DNA of 57,992 bases from IMG/VR virus record IMGVR_UViG_3300033141_003442. One strand, given 5' to 3'. This document shows, piece by piece, positions 36,013 through 44,921 of the stretch (positions are counted from its first letter, which is position 1; every line of letters begins with the position of its first letter). The notes under the pieces are model-generated. The model did not search any database, had not been told where the DNA came from, and saw nothing but the letters and a program-made list of their open reading frames with translations. A program made the translations under genes and the position numbers. This stretch comes from a virus.

Positions 36013-37260
36013 TTAAAATAATTCTTCTAATTCTTTTGCTTTGGTGTCAATCATCAAGTAGATTTCTGTAGCTTCCGCCTCATCCGAAATATCATAAATA
36101 CTATTATAACCCTTTTCTTTCAAAACCTCATTCACTAGTTCACGGTCATAATTTGACAATTGCTCTTCTAATTCCACAAGCCATTGTGCGGGAGGTTGAG
36201 CTTTCTTTTCTGGTTTAGCCTTTTTAGGTTTTGGAGGAGAAGTAGCAGGCTTATTCTTTGCTTCCCATTCCTTAAATTTTTCTACAAACCTATCTATTTT
36301 CTTTGTAGCTTTTTCTTTTACATATTCCATCGAGCAATTAACACTCTTTGCTACTGTTTCAATGTATTCTTCTACTCTTTCTTTATCTAATTTTTTTTTA
36401 GCAATCACATCATCAAAAAATATTATTCGTTCAGGTTCAGGAGCTTGGTCTTCAATTTGTTTGGGTTTGTCGTCCTTTTTTTCTTTTCCAGCCTCCATAT
36501 CCTTTATATCAATCACTTTACCTTGGAAAGTTACTTCTTCCTTTTTAGGTTCTTCTTCAATTGTAGACAATACAATGTCCTCTTCTTCCTCAGAAATTGC
36601 TATATCTAATTCAGGTGTTTTGCGTTTCATTTTAAGCATTTTCAAAACTGCACTCTTTCTCATCATAGCTTCAGGCCATAAATGCCAAGGACTATCTTTA
36701 GTTCCAGCTTGTTCAGCCTTTCTCCATGAAAGAGACATTTTTCTTCTTTTTTCAATTTCTTCCATTCTGATTATATCGAAATCCACTCTATCATCCTTTT
36801 TCCAAAGAGCGTAAGCACAAACAGCTTTCCCTCTGTCTTTTAATGCAATTTTATGGTGCAAATAAGCATCAGTGCCCAATTGATAATTAAACTCATCATT
36901 CTCATAAACTACATGGGCTTCCACTTCAGCATCTGTTACTCTGTTTACCAACTCAATAAGACCTTGATAACCAATTTGGGCATTGCATTCTATTGGATGT
37001 CCTTGTTTTCTATTATTACGCCTAGGTATCAAATAAACATTATCTCCGCCTGGTAGTAATCCCCACTCTGCACATTTCAATAATGCACTGAGCAAACTTT
37101 CAGGAGTGCATTGTTGCAATTGAGGGTTTTTGAAAAGAGCGTTCCAAAAGGCTGCAATCAGGACATCTTTCTTCATTCCTTTAGGTAGCACTTTTAACTT
37201 CTCACTTGTTTCAGGAGAAACTAATTTGGCCTTGATTTCTGCTAGTTGATTTTTTTTCAT
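36013..37260 (-). CDS. recT: RecT-family single-strand annealing recombinase
   Basis: N-terminal region (TPESLLSALLKCAEWGLLPGGDNVYLIPRRN) fits the RecT family; acidic/basic C-terminal tail. Confidence 0.65.
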   Translation of the reverse strand: MKKNQLAEIKAKLVSPETSEKLKVLPKGMKKDVLIAAFWNALFKNPQLQQCTPESLLSALLKCAEWGLLPGGDNVYLIPRRNNRKQGHPIECNAQIGYQGLIELVNRVTDAEVEAHVVYENDEFNYQLGTDAYLHHKIALKDRGKAVCAYALWKKDDRVDFDIIRMEEIEKRRKMSLSWRKAEQAGTKDSPWHLWPEAMMRKSAVLKMLKMKRKTPELDIAISEEEEDIVLSTIEEEPKKEEVTFQGKVIDIKDMEAGKEKKDDKPKQIEDQAPEPERIIFFDDVIAKKKLDKERVEEYIETVAKSVNCSMEYVKEKATKKIDRFVEKFKEWEAKNKPATSPPKPKKAKPEKKAQPPAQWLVELEEQLSNYDRELVNEVLKEKGYNSIYDISDEAEATEIYLMIDTKAKELEELF

Positions 37261-37263
37261 TGC

Positions 37264-37458
37264 CTATCCTCCTACATTTATTATTTTAAAAACTAAATCT
37301 ATTGCTACGACAATACAAGAAAAAAGGATAATAGAAAATAATACCATACCAAGAAAGAAAAAAGGTGGACTTAGTTCTTCAAATTTTGTTTCTATTTTAA
37401 GCCCAATATTATTAAGCAAGATAAAAAATATAACTACAAAATAACAAAATGTTTTCAT
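37264..37458 (-). CDS. Small membrane protein (two TM segments)
   Basis: Two hydrophobic segments in 64 aa. Confidence 0.4.
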   Translation of the reverse strand: MKTFCYFVVIFFILLNNIGLKIETKFEELSPPFFFLGMVLFSIILFSCIVVAIDLVFKIINVGG

Positions 37459-37667
37459 TATTTTTCTCCTTTATTTATTAAATCTTCAAGAGCTTCTCTT
37501 TCTTTCACATAGTCTATCCATAGTTTAACTTCATCAACAGTCTTTCCATAGATATTTGTAAATTTTGGTTTTGGCACAGCTATATATTCATTGCCTTCCA
37601 AATAAATTGCATAATTCCGATACTTTTCTATAAATCTTTTTCCTTCTTTGGTTTTTATTTTCCCCAT
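37458..37667 (-). CDS. Hypothetical protein (69 aa)
   Basis: ORF track. Confidence 0.4.
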   Translation of the reverse strand: MGKIKTKEGKRFIEKYRNYAIYLEGNEYIAVPKPKFTNIYGKTVDEVKLWIDYVKEREALEDLINKGEK

Positions 37668-38342
37668 TCAAATCCTCCTTGTTGCTATTTCTACTTCTTG
37701 ATATATTTCAAGGCCATCAATATTTCTTACTCCTGCCCTAATAGCTGCATTAACTTTTTTGTTATCTACCATTAAATATTCTTTTGGTATTTTGTCAAAG
37801 TCCACTATTTTAAATGTCCAATATTTTCTTTCATATACAGTGCCATTGTCCGTGCTTACTTTTAATTTTTCTTTAGGCATAGCAATTTCAGGTAGCTTGA
37901 CTGGTTCAATACCTTTTTCTTTAGCTTCCTTATCCAGTTGCTCTTGTAATTTTTTCCTTTCTTCTTCAGCTTTCTTTTCCATTTCTCTGCGTTCCATTTC
38001 AAGACGAGTTTTGTAATTTTTTAACTTCAATTTTACTATTTTCTTTGAATTAGAAAGAGGTTTAACTACTTCATTAACCCTAGCTTTCACCTTTTTTATA
38101 AATGTTTTAGGGACAATTATTCTTTTCTCACACTCTTCATTAATTCGTTTTTCGTATTTTGCTATTGTAGCCAATAGCTCAGCAGCCTTTTGGCAATTTT
38201 CTTCATTTGTTATTTCTAGCATCTTTACTTCTTTTTCTAACTGAGTAAATCTTTTCTTCCAAACCAAAAAGGCATTTTGTGCCTCTATTAAAGCTAAATT
38301 AGCCTTGAATTCCGTAAATACTCCATTACTTTTCTCCATCAT
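37668..38342 (-). CDS. Coiled-coil protein associated with the recombination module
   Basis: 224 aa, heptad-like K/E-rich sequence, adjacent to recT. Confidence 0.45.
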   Translation of the reverse strand: MMEKSNGVFTEFKANLALIEAQNAFLVWKKRFTQLEKEVKMLEITNEENCQKAAELLATIAKYEKRINEECEKRIIVPKTFIKKVKARVNEVVKPLSNSKKIVKLKLKNYKTRLEMERREMEKKAEEERKKLQEQLDKEAKEKGIEPVKLPEIAMPKEKLKVSTDNGTVYERKYWTFKIVDFDKIPKEYLMVDNKKVNAAIRAGVRNIDGLEIYQEVEIATRRI

Positions 38343-38689
38343 TTATCTCCTTTTAATAAATTTGGATTTTCCCATACATTTCCTATTACTTCTAAATCAT
38401 ACCAATTTATTATCTCGCTTGATAAATCCATATAACTGCTGGTTATGGGATTTTTTAAATAAAAAGAACCGTTCCCAAAGCTAACTATCCATTTATCATA
38501 AAAAGAAGATATAATATCTTCTTCATAAATTTCTTTGCCGTTTATATCGGTCAATCCAGTAAATAGCATAAGAATAACATTTTTATAAAAACAACCTTCT
38601 ATACTTATTTCTTGATGTTTTAACCATATAGCATCAGGGTATAACATTTTTCTATTCTTTTTATCCCAAGCCCTAACTTTAATCTGCAT
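38339..38689 (-). CDS. YopX-family protein
   Basis: N-terminus MQIKVRAWDKKNRKMLYPD and C-terminus EVIGNVWENPNLL match the YopX pattern. Confidence 0.65.
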   Translation of the reverse strand: MQIKVRAWDKKNRKMLYPDAIWLKHQEISIEGCFYKNVILMLFTGLTDINGKEIYEEDIISSFYDKWIVSFGNGSFYLKNPITSSYMDLSSEIINWYDLEVIGNVWENPNLLKGDK

Positions 38690-39203
38690 TTAAATACCTC
38701 CATCCATTCAAAAAATTTAAAAATGCCTGAAAGCCCTTATTCAGGTCATCAATAAAAATAGTGTCAACAATAGCAGGTTTCCCGTCTTTTTTAAGCCTTA
38801 CCGCCGCCACTTTATTAGGTTTCAATTCTTCAGGCAGAGCATAATAATAAGCACTTAACTGCATTATCCATGCCTTGTTAGCTACCTCAGAGGTTTTTAA
38901 ATCCCATAGCCATTTTTCACCTTTCCATTCAACCAACATATCTGGATGCCCGATGTAGCCAAACTGCTTATGTTTAACTTCAAATTCAGCCTTGATTAGT
39001 TTCACAGGTAACAAGTTTCTAAAGGATTGAATATATCCTTCCAACTCTCCATATTCAGGCACAAACAAATTTTCAAGTTCAGCTACACAATACTTATGAA
39101 TTAGCTTGCCTCTTTCACAAGCTAGCTCTAGCGTATTGCTTGAAACAGGAAATTCTAGGAAAGGTGATATTACTTCTGTAACTCTGGGATAACGCATAAT
39201 CAC
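38679..39203 (-). CDS. PD-(D/E)xK-family nuclease (recombination exonuclease-like)
   Basis: Motif GHPDMLV...LWDLKTS (D...D-x-K) ; co-located with recT. Confidence 0.45.
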   Translation of the reverse strand: MIMRYPRVTEVISPFLEFPVSSNTLELACERGKLIHKYCVAELENLFVPEYGELEGYIQSFRNLLPVKLIKAEFEVKHKQFGYIGHPDMLVEWKGEKWLWDLKTSEVANKAWIMQLSAYYYALPEELKPNKVAAVRLKKDGKPAIVDTIFIDDLNKGFQAFLNFLNGWRYLNAD

Positions 39204-39208
39204 TCCTT

Positions 39209-39409
39209 TTAAGCTAAGTCTCTTATTCTTCCTTCTTCTTCTGAAACTTCGTGCAGAAAAGAACTAATCCTTTCAATTTCTGTATCAGAAAGCCGTTTTT
39301 CTATAGGCAAAAGATTATTTAAGGCGTAAAGGAAATTATGAACTCTACGTTTGTGGTCAAGTGGAATGTATTTTCCATTTTTTTCTTTGTAATTAATTTC
39401 GTAATTCAT
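39209..39409 (-). CDS. Hypothetical protein (66 aa)
   Basis: ORF track. Confidence 0.35.
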   Translation of the reverse strand: MNYEINYKEKNGKYIPLDHKRRVHNFLYALNNLLPIEKRLSDTEIERISSFLHEVSEEEGRIRDLA

Positions 39410-39424
39410 ATTTGCCTCCTTTTT

Positions 39425-39652
39425 TTATTCTACAAATGAATGATTACAAATAATACATCCTGTAATCCGTTTATTTGACACAATGAAAGCTCCACAAATA
39501 GGACAGCTATCCCAGTTAAACAAATCCCACTTCTGTTGCACTTTTTCTAAATGCCCTGTTTCCCATAACTCTACCACTTCAGAAGCCTCTTTTTCAGTAA
39601 AGCCTTCAAAGTGGTAATTTGACCGTCTTGCTACAATCTTTCTTCCATTCAT
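39425..39652 (-). CDS. Zn-ribbon protein
   Basis: CPICGAF...CIICNH. Confidence 0.45.
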   Translation of the reverse strand: MNGRKIVARRSNYHFEGFTEKEASEVVELWETGHLEKVQQKWDLFNWDSCPICGAFIVSNKRITGCIICNHSFVE

Positions 39653-39665
39653 TCCGACCTCCCTC

Positions 39666-39911
39666 TTATATAAAAACTTTCAATCTAATTCCATCCGTTC
39701 CATATTTTGAATACCTAAAATTTTTACACCAAATAATTCCTGATTCCATAATTCCAATAAAGTCTTCAATACCATCCTCATCTAAAGCAAAAATAAAAAC
39801 AGGGATTACAGTGTAGGATACTGGGATAATGAAGAATTCTTTAGAAAGAGCTGGATAATAATGACAAAATACGCCTTCCTCATTAATTGTAATCAATTTT
39901 AATTCATCCAT
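39666..39911 (-). CDS. Hypothetical protein (81 aa), first gene downstream of promoter 39935-39963
   Basis: ORF with SD GGGAGGAG; consensus promoter immediately upstream. Confidence 0.5.
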   Translation of the reverse strand: MDELKLITINEEGVFCHYYPALSKEFFIIPVSYTVIPVFIFALDEDGIEDFIGIMESGIIWCKNFRYSKYGTDGIRLKVFI

Positions 39912-39934
39912 CTTTCTCCTCCCTTTTTTTCTTT

Positions 39935-39963
39935 ATTATAAAACAGTTAAATTATTTTGTCAA
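39935..39963 (-). promoter_or_regulatory. Consensus sigma70 promoter TTGACA-N17-TATAAT (minus strand)
   Basis: Plus-strand tgtcaa 39958-39963 and attata 39935-39940 with exact 17-nt spacer. Confidence 0.6.
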
Positions 39964-39996
39964 GGGTAAATTTAAATTAAATCCCCAAAAACTATC

Positions 39997-40025
39997 TTGC
40001 ACCTTGTATGCTGTTAGGTTATAAT
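39997..40025 (+). promoter_or_regulatory. Divergent plus-strand promoter TTGCAC-N17-TATAAT driving gene 40075..40350
   Basis: TTGCAC 39997-40002, 17-nt spacer, TATAAT 40020-40025; back-to-back with the minus-strand promoter. Confidence 0.5.
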
Positions 40026-40074
40026 CTTCTTTTAAGTATTCTACTGTATGCTTCTTATGGAGGGATAGTAAATC

Positions 40075-40350
40075 ATGCCAAAACGGCTTGTTTACCACAC
40101 CAAAACAGAAGAAAATAAAATCGTAACCCTCTATCCGCCAAGGCTTCATTCTTTTGAACAGATTTTGAATTACATTGCATTCATTTGCAAAGGAGTAGAG
40201 AAAGGTTTGATTTCTGAAACTCAAGCCACCACAGTTAAGGAGTTGATTAGCATTGCAATAGAGGCCGTCCGTAAGAAACAAGAATTTGAGAAGTATGATG
40301 AAGTAGTAAGGTTCAGAGAGAAAGATGAAGAGGAAGACGAGGAAGAATAA
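40075..40350 (+). CDS. Small protein with acidic C-terminal tail (EEEDEEE); lone plus-strand gene inside the minus-strand block
   Basis: SD GGAGGG 9 nt before ATG; own promoter; the antisense minus ORF 39952..40374 looks spurious. Confidence 0.5.
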   Translation: MPKRLVYHTKTEENKIVTLYPPRLHSFEQILNYIAFICKGVEKGLISETQATTVKELISIAIEAVRKKQEFEKYDEVVRFREKDEEEDEEE

Positions 40351-40373
40351 ATTTATATTGGCACTATTTAGCA

Positions 40374-40706
40374 TTATTTATCTTCCCTCCAAATTACCCA
40401 AACATTTGTTTTGACTGTATATAAAATAGTAATTCGCTTTATCTTAGCCGTTTTACATCTCTGCTTAACAAAATATTGTGCTATTTTTATTGCATCAATA
40501 GGAGAAAGGTTAGGTTTAAGGGAAATAGAAGTTTTATAAGTGTTTCTGGTAATTTTTCTAGTGGAAACCCAGTTTGCAGGCTCACTATTTACTATTTGGT
40601 CTTGGGATGGAAAGTTATGGGGCAATTCTATTTCTTGCCAGATATGGTAACCTATAGCAACTGAGGCAATCCAGAGAGCAATTAGTAAGATAATTAAGTC
40701 TTTCAT
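40374..40706 (-). CDS. Membrane-anchored hypothetical protein (N-terminal TM helix)
   Basis: N-terminus MKDLIILLIALWIASVAIGY. Confidence 0.45.
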   Translation of the reverse strand: MKDLIILLIALWIASVAIGYHIWQEIELPHNFPSQDQIVNSEPANWVSTRKITRNTYKTSISLKPNLSPIDAIKIAQYFVKQRCKTAKIKRITILYTVKTNVWVIWREDK

Positions 40707-40969
40707 TAATCAACTCCTAGAATTGCTTTTAAACATTCAACCTCAGTTTCTACTTGGCAGACAATACATAATTTGCCAAGGTGAAGACCATATCGCCATT
40801 CAGTACACCATACTCCACCTTTCTCTAAGTCTCCGATATAGACTAAACTATTATACATTTCCACTTTCAATGGCGAAAAAGAGAGAGGCACGCCTATAAT
40901 TTTATCTTCACAAAAATATAAAATAGTTTCATTTTTTGTTACATGAATATTGTAAGGTGGCAATTTCAT
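40706..40969 (-). CDS. Hypothetical protein (87 aa)
   Basis: ORF track; ATGA overlap with the upstream small ORF. Confidence 0.45.
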   Translation of the reverse strand: MKLPPYNIHVTKNETILYFCEDKIIGVPLSFSPLKVEMYNSLVYIGDLEKGGVWCTEWRYGLHLGKLCIVCQVETEVECLKAILGVD

Positions 40970-41142
40970 TTAACAAGCTCCTTTTCCAGTCTTTTGCATT
41001 GATTATGTAGGGCACTTTCAATTACTTTCCTAAACGATTTATTTGCCATTATCCGTCTTGTGCCTTTTACATGCGACCTATGTCCATAACGGCTAAACCC
41101 CACCTTGGGCAATTTCTTCTTGAGTATTTTTTCTTTAAACAT
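40966..41142 (-). CDS. Small basic protein (about 58 aa, below ORF-track cutoff)
   Basis: SD GGAGG 6 nt before ATG at 41142; stop overlaps the next start. Confidence 0.45.
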   Translation of the reverse strand: MFKEKILKKKLPKVGFSRYGHRSHVKGTRRIMANKSFRKVIESALHNQCKRLEKELVK

Positions 41143-41144
41143 TG

Positions 41145-41765
41145 CTAGCCTCCTTTTTCATCTAAGCAAACTAATAAACCTTTCATTTTTTGCTCCGTTA
41201 TAGTGTTAACGACTTCAAACTTAATAAATTTGTTATATTCATCTTGATAAATAGAAATAGTAACGGGTTTATTTTTCTCATCATTAAATTTTTCAACTTG
41301 AGTGGCTATTTCTTTTAAGAGCTTTGCATTTACAGTTAGTGTTATAATTGGATTTTCTTTAGGATATGCTTTATCTGTATCAGGATATGAAATATCTTTG
41401 TTTTTTATGGACATTGTAAAGACATTATCTAAATCTGTTGTTACCAAGATTGTCTTATCTTCTTTTTGAGATACCATGACATTTTCAAGAATAGGAAGAG
41501 GGCTTTTAGGGATTAACTTTCGAATTTTTGTTACTTCATTTTTGCTAAGATAGAAATCTCGCTCTTGTTTATATTCAAGCCCAGTTTCAGGATATTCCTC
41601 ATAAGGTAAATTTGGCCTTGTTACTTCTATTAATAAATACCTATCAGTAACAACTGTTTTTTCTTTAGTCACTTTAATAACTTGTGAAATATCAAAGTCA
41701 TCTGAACTGTAATCACTTTCCTTTTCAAGTAAATTTGCTATTTGAAGATTGTATTTATTTAGCAT
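41145..41765 (-). CDS. Hypothetical protein (206 aa)
   Basis: ORF with SD. Confidence 0.5.
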   Translation of the reverse strand: MLNKYNLQIANLLEKESDYSSDDFDISQVIKVTKEKTVVTDRYLLIEVTRPNLPYEEYPETGLEYKQERDFYLSKNEVTKIRKLIPKSPLPILENVMVSQKEDKTILVTTDLDNVFTMSIKNKDISYPDTDKAYPKENPIITLTVNAKLLKEIATQVEKFNDEKNKPVTISIYQDEYNKFIKFEVVNTITEQKMKGLLVCLDEKGG

Positions 41766-41789
41766 TTTTATTACCTCCTTCTCTTTTTT

Positions 41790-42311
41790 TTATAAATAAA
41801 ATTCTTTTCCCAAAACATACTGCAATGCTTCAGCAATATGGGTTGTCTTGATATTATCTTCTTTGTCTATTTCGCTAATAGTTTTAGCAACTCTTAAAGT
41901 TGTCTCTAATTCAGAAGGAAGCATCCCTTTGGTTTTATATGCAGTTTCCAGAAGATTTAACCCTTCTTTATCTATTTTGCTTTTATCAAATTCAAGATAC
42001 TCAAAGTTAAAGCAGTTAATTGCTGTAAAAGTCATATCCGTTTGAGGAAGATTTATTTGATACTTTTTAATTTCTTCTGGCGTGCATTTACATATTCTAT
42101 TTGTGGAATTGAAGTTACCGCAAGGGCAAGGTTTTTTGACATAAATGATTTCTTCCAAAAGGTATCTTTGTTCTTCAGGAATGGTCTTTTTTAATCCGAA
42201 TACTACTTGTTGAATGAAATATACATCACTCGTAATAATCAATAATGAATGTTTGCCATTTAAAGCAACATCTAAAACTCTTAAAAAATGTGGTGAATTA
42301 AATTTAATCAT
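41790..42311 (-). CDS. ComM/YifB (Mg-chelatase-like AAA+) C-terminal-domain-like protein; tentative
   Basis: CPCGNFNSTNRICKCT Zn-binding-like motif and C-terminal helix TTHIAEALQYVLG. Confidence 0.35.
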   Translation of the reverse strand: MIKFNSPHFLRVLDVALNGKHSLLIITSDVYFIQQVVFGLKKTIPEEQRYLLEEIIYVKKPCPCGNFNSTNRICKCTPEEIKKYQINLPQTDMTFTAINCFNFEYLEFDKSKIDKEGLNLLETAYKTKGMLPSELETTLRVAKTISEIDKEDNIKTTHIAEALQYVLGKEFYL

Positions 42312-42396
42312 TTTAGCCTCCTTTCTTAATCATTTATCCATTTACAAATAATCCATCCTGTTAACCAAAACGCTATTAAATAACCAAAAAAATCAA

Positions 42397-42588
42397 TCAT
42401 CTTTGCTTCCTCCTTGTTTCTTTTGCAATTTTGTTTCTTCTTCTTCGTTTTAGAAATGTCTTTATAAGATGTCCTCTTTTTCTAGTAGAAGGCCTTTTAC
42501 CAGTAAGATTGAATTTATTTTGGCCAAATAAAATGTCATGATATTCAAAGAATTTTGTTAATAGTTGTTGGTATGTTTTATAATTCAT
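42397..42588 (-). CDS. Small basic protein (63 aa)
   Basis: ORF track; Arg/Lys-rich C-terminus. Confidence 0.35.
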   Translation of the reverse strand: MNYKTYQQLLTKFFEYHDILFGQNKFNLTGKRPSTRKRGHLIKTFLKRRRRNKIAKETRRKQR

Positions 42589-42857
42589 TTTGTTCTCCTT
42601 TTCACAAGCAATTTAGTCAAGCCGTCCTCTGCACCATCAACTTGCTTTCTTCTTTGTTCTTCCCTAATTTCTGCCTGTAAATAATAAATAGCACTTTCAA
42701 TATTATTTAATTCTCTTTGTTTAGCTACCTCAGTCATCATAGTATGCGATTTTTCTAATATTTCTTTTGTTTTTAGCAATCTTTGTAAAGTTTCTAATTT
42801 CCCCATTTCAAGCCCTCCTTTCAAAATAAAAAAGCCCGATGCTCCATAAAGGAACAC
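42585..42857 (-). CDS. Hypothetical protein (90 aa)
   Basis: ORF track. Confidence 0.4.
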   Translation of the reverse strand: MFLYGASGFFILKGGLEMGKLETLQRLLKTKEILEKSHTMMTEVAKQRELNNIESAIYYLQAEIREEQRRKQVDGAEDGLTKLLVKRRTK

Positions 42858-42893
42858 CGAGCCTAAATTTTTAGGGTGGGTGCTTAATTATTC

Positions 42894-43082
42894 TTATAAA
42901 TCAACTTCTGAATGCTTCCCGCAATACTCTTTTTCCATTTCCTCCCATTTTTGTTTTTCTTTATAATAGCAATCTTCACAAAGTCCGTGTGCCCATTCTG
43001 CTTGAGGTGGAAAAATCCTTCCACATCTTTTACAAGTAAAAGTTTCTTCTTCCCATCCTATTTCTTCTTTTTCTTTTGTCAT
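42894..43082 (-). CDS. Zn-ribbon protein
   Basis: CKRCGR...CEDCY. Confidence 0.45.
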   Translation of the reverse strand: MTKEKEEIGWEEETFTCKRCGRIFPPQAEWAHGLCEDCYYKEKQKWEEMEKEYCGKHSEVDL

Positions 43083-43262
43083 TTACTTTACCTCCTTTCT
43101 CTTAAATTCTTAGATATTCAACGCTTCTTTTATTTTTGCTATTTTCTCTGCTTCAGTTTCAAATGTTTTCATTTTTGAGATATTTTCAAGAAACTCTTCA
43201 AGTGCGACGCTGGCATCCTTTATATTGATATATGTCAGTTCAATAATATATACAGGCACAAC

Positions 43263-43526
43263 TCAATCTGATATTTCAATCACCGCTTTACCATTTCTCA
43301 AGGCGAAATTAGCCTCCCCACCACAATTATTATGCCAATTATGTCCATCCCAGTAGTCATATTTAACAATGAATTTCTGCTTTGTATCATATCCTGTTAC
43401 AGCATCAGGCACTTGCTTAGACACCCAATCCAATATTGCTTGGATATCTTCTTTAGCCTTTTTGGTTGCTCTTTCCCTTCTTTTCATTCTTTCAATTATC
43501 CCTGTAATTCTTTCTATTTCTTGCAT
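43263..43526 (-). CDS. Hypothetical protein (87 aa)
   Basis: ORF track. Confidence 0.4.
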   Translation of the reverse strand: MQEIERITGIIERMKRRERATKKAKEDIQAILDWVSKQVPDAVTGYDTKQKFIVKYDYWDGHNWHNNCGGEANFALRNGKAVIEISD

Positions 43527-43541
43527 TGTTACTTACCTCCT

Positions 43542-43790
43542 TTAAATAAATTTAGCTAAATTATTTACTTCTTTGGCAAAAGGTGAAAATAAAGGCGGTT
43601 TATAAGGTCTTTTTCTACACCAAATGTCAATTATGGCCTTAGCTAATAAATAGTTGTCTTCTAGCATGTCATTTGAACAAGCTCCGCTATTTAGTGCTTG
43701 CTGAGCCATTTCATACATTGTTTGTTTAGAGTTTTCTAGCATTTCATTTATTTGCTCTTTAACTTGTTTGAGTTTTTGTTCTTCAGTCAT
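43542..43790 (-). CDS. Hypothetical protein (82 aa)
   Basis: ORF track. Confidence 0.4.
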   Translation of the reverse strand: MTEEQKLKQVKEQINEMLENSKQTMYEMAQQALNSGACSNDMLEDNYLLAKAIIDIWCRKRPYKPPLFSPFAKEVNNLAKFI

Positions 43791-43809
43791 TTTTACTTAC
43801 CTCCTTTCT

Positions 43810-44040
43810 TTATATAGTATTATTTAATGCATTTTTAATAGCTTGTATCTTGCCTCTTTCATAATCATTGTAAGGTTTATGCTTTACAACTTTCTTTAAA
43901 ATATTCATAGATGCTCTTTTAGCGATTTGACAGCCATGATAATACCCCAATTTATACGTTTTTTCCCCATCGTTGTTTGTTACAAACTCTCCATTATGAT
44001 AATAGCCTTTTCCTATATAATGTTTACCATTTTGATACAT
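43810..44040 (-). CDS. Hypothetical protein (76 aa)
   Basis: ORF track. Confidence 0.4.
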   Translation of the reverse strand: MYQNGKHYIGKGYYHNGEFVTNNDGEKTYKLGYYHGCQIAKRASMNILKKVVKHKPYNDYERGKIQAIKNALNNTI

Positions 44041-44042
44041 CG

Positions 44043-44255
44043 TTACTCCTCTCCTTTCTTCAAAATTTTCTCCGTCACCCGCTCAGTACCAATAAGATGC
44101 CGACGGAGAGTAGTTATTTCAGCCTGCAATTTGGCAAGGCATTGAGGGCAAATTCCATGTGTTACGCCCGTGCCTTGCTTTTGCCCTATTACCTTTTTGC
44201 ACCAAGCACAGATGATAGTCATAGTATCACCTCCCTTCAAAATATTCCTTTTCAC
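44043..44255 (-). CDS. Zn-ribbon protein
   Basis: CAWCKK...CPQC. Confidence 0.45.
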   Translation of the reverse strand: MKRNILKGGDTMTIICAWCKKVIGQKQGTGVTHGICPQCLAKLQAEITTLRRHLIGTERVTEKILKKGEE

Positions 44256-44430
44256 AATGCCTAGAGCAGAAAACTAAATGCAAATCCGTTTCAAAAGCAC
44301 GCCGTATTTTTACGGGATAGCGTGCTTTCTTTTCATAGCAATTAGAACAAACATCAGGATAGTTTCCCTTTTTGAGCCAGTCCCGATGAGGATGAAATAC
44401 TTCCCAGTTTTCAGGATATTTGATTTTCAT
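44227..44430 (-). CDS. Zn-ribbon protein
   Basis: CSNCYEKK...CSRHCEKE. Confidence 0.4.
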   Translation of the reverse strand: MKIKYPENWEVFHPHRDWLKKGNYPDVCSNCYEKKARYPVKIRRAFETDLHLVFCSRHCEKEYFEGR

Positions 44431-44447
44431 TTTATCACCTCCTTTTT

Positions 44448-44744
44448 TTATTTCAACGGGATAACTATCCCGTCATACCGCCAGTATTTCAATTTATCTT
44501 TGTCAGAATGCAAACAAAGAGGCATTCCTCTAGGGTCTGAGCAAATATCAACATGAAGTCCCCATTTCTTGGCTATTTCCTTAACTTTCTTTTCAAGTTT
44601 TATTACTCTTTTTTCTTGTCTAGGAGTTAGGCCGTAATTGCAATGCTGTGTGTATAGATTGTGTAGAGAGCGAGCCAACCTTTTCAATTCTTCATAATCT
44701 GCTAGAAACTCTTTTAAATCCTCAATGTTTTTGATGTTTTTCAT
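44448..44744 (-). CDS. Hypothetical protein (start placed at ATG 44744, which has an SD)
   Basis: GGGAGG 6-7 nt upstream of ATG at 44742-44744; the ORF track used an upstream TTG. Confidence 0.45.
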   Translation of the reverse strand: MKNIKNIEDLKEFLADYEELKRLARSLHNLYTQHCNYGLTPRQEKRVIKLEKKVKEIAKKWGLHVDICSDPRGMPLCLHSDKDKLKYWRYDGIVIPLK

Positions 44745-44757
44745 TTTCAAACCTCCC

Positions 44758-44889
44758 TTATTGTTCTTTCTTTAAAAAGCTTACGATTAATATTTTCCTG
44801 TCTTCAAAGCACCACCACATTAAAAAGTGTAATCTTTCAAGCCTTAGTCCTTTTGTTACCTTTACCACTTCTTTGATTTTTTCTAACAT
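44758..44889 (-). CDS. Small hypothetical protein (43 aa), first ORF of the leftward early transcript
   Basis: SD GGAGGTGA 7 nt before ATG; lies just downstream of promoter 44922-44951. Confidence 0.4.
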   Translation of the reverse strand: MLEKIKEVVKVTKGLRLERLHFLMWWCFEDRKILIVSFLKKEQ

Positions 44890-44921
44890 TTTTTAATCAC
44901 CTCCCTTTCTCATGATACCCT

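Noticed and set aside
36184-37056. Plus-strand ORFs 36184..36390, 36362..36814, 36853..37056
   Set aside because: Antisense to the recT CDS.
39952-40374. 140-aa minus-strand ORF
   Set aside because: Antisense to plus gene 40075..40350, which has its own promoter and SD; the minus ORF is F/L-rich low complexity and its apparent SD is the coding 3' end of the upstream gene.
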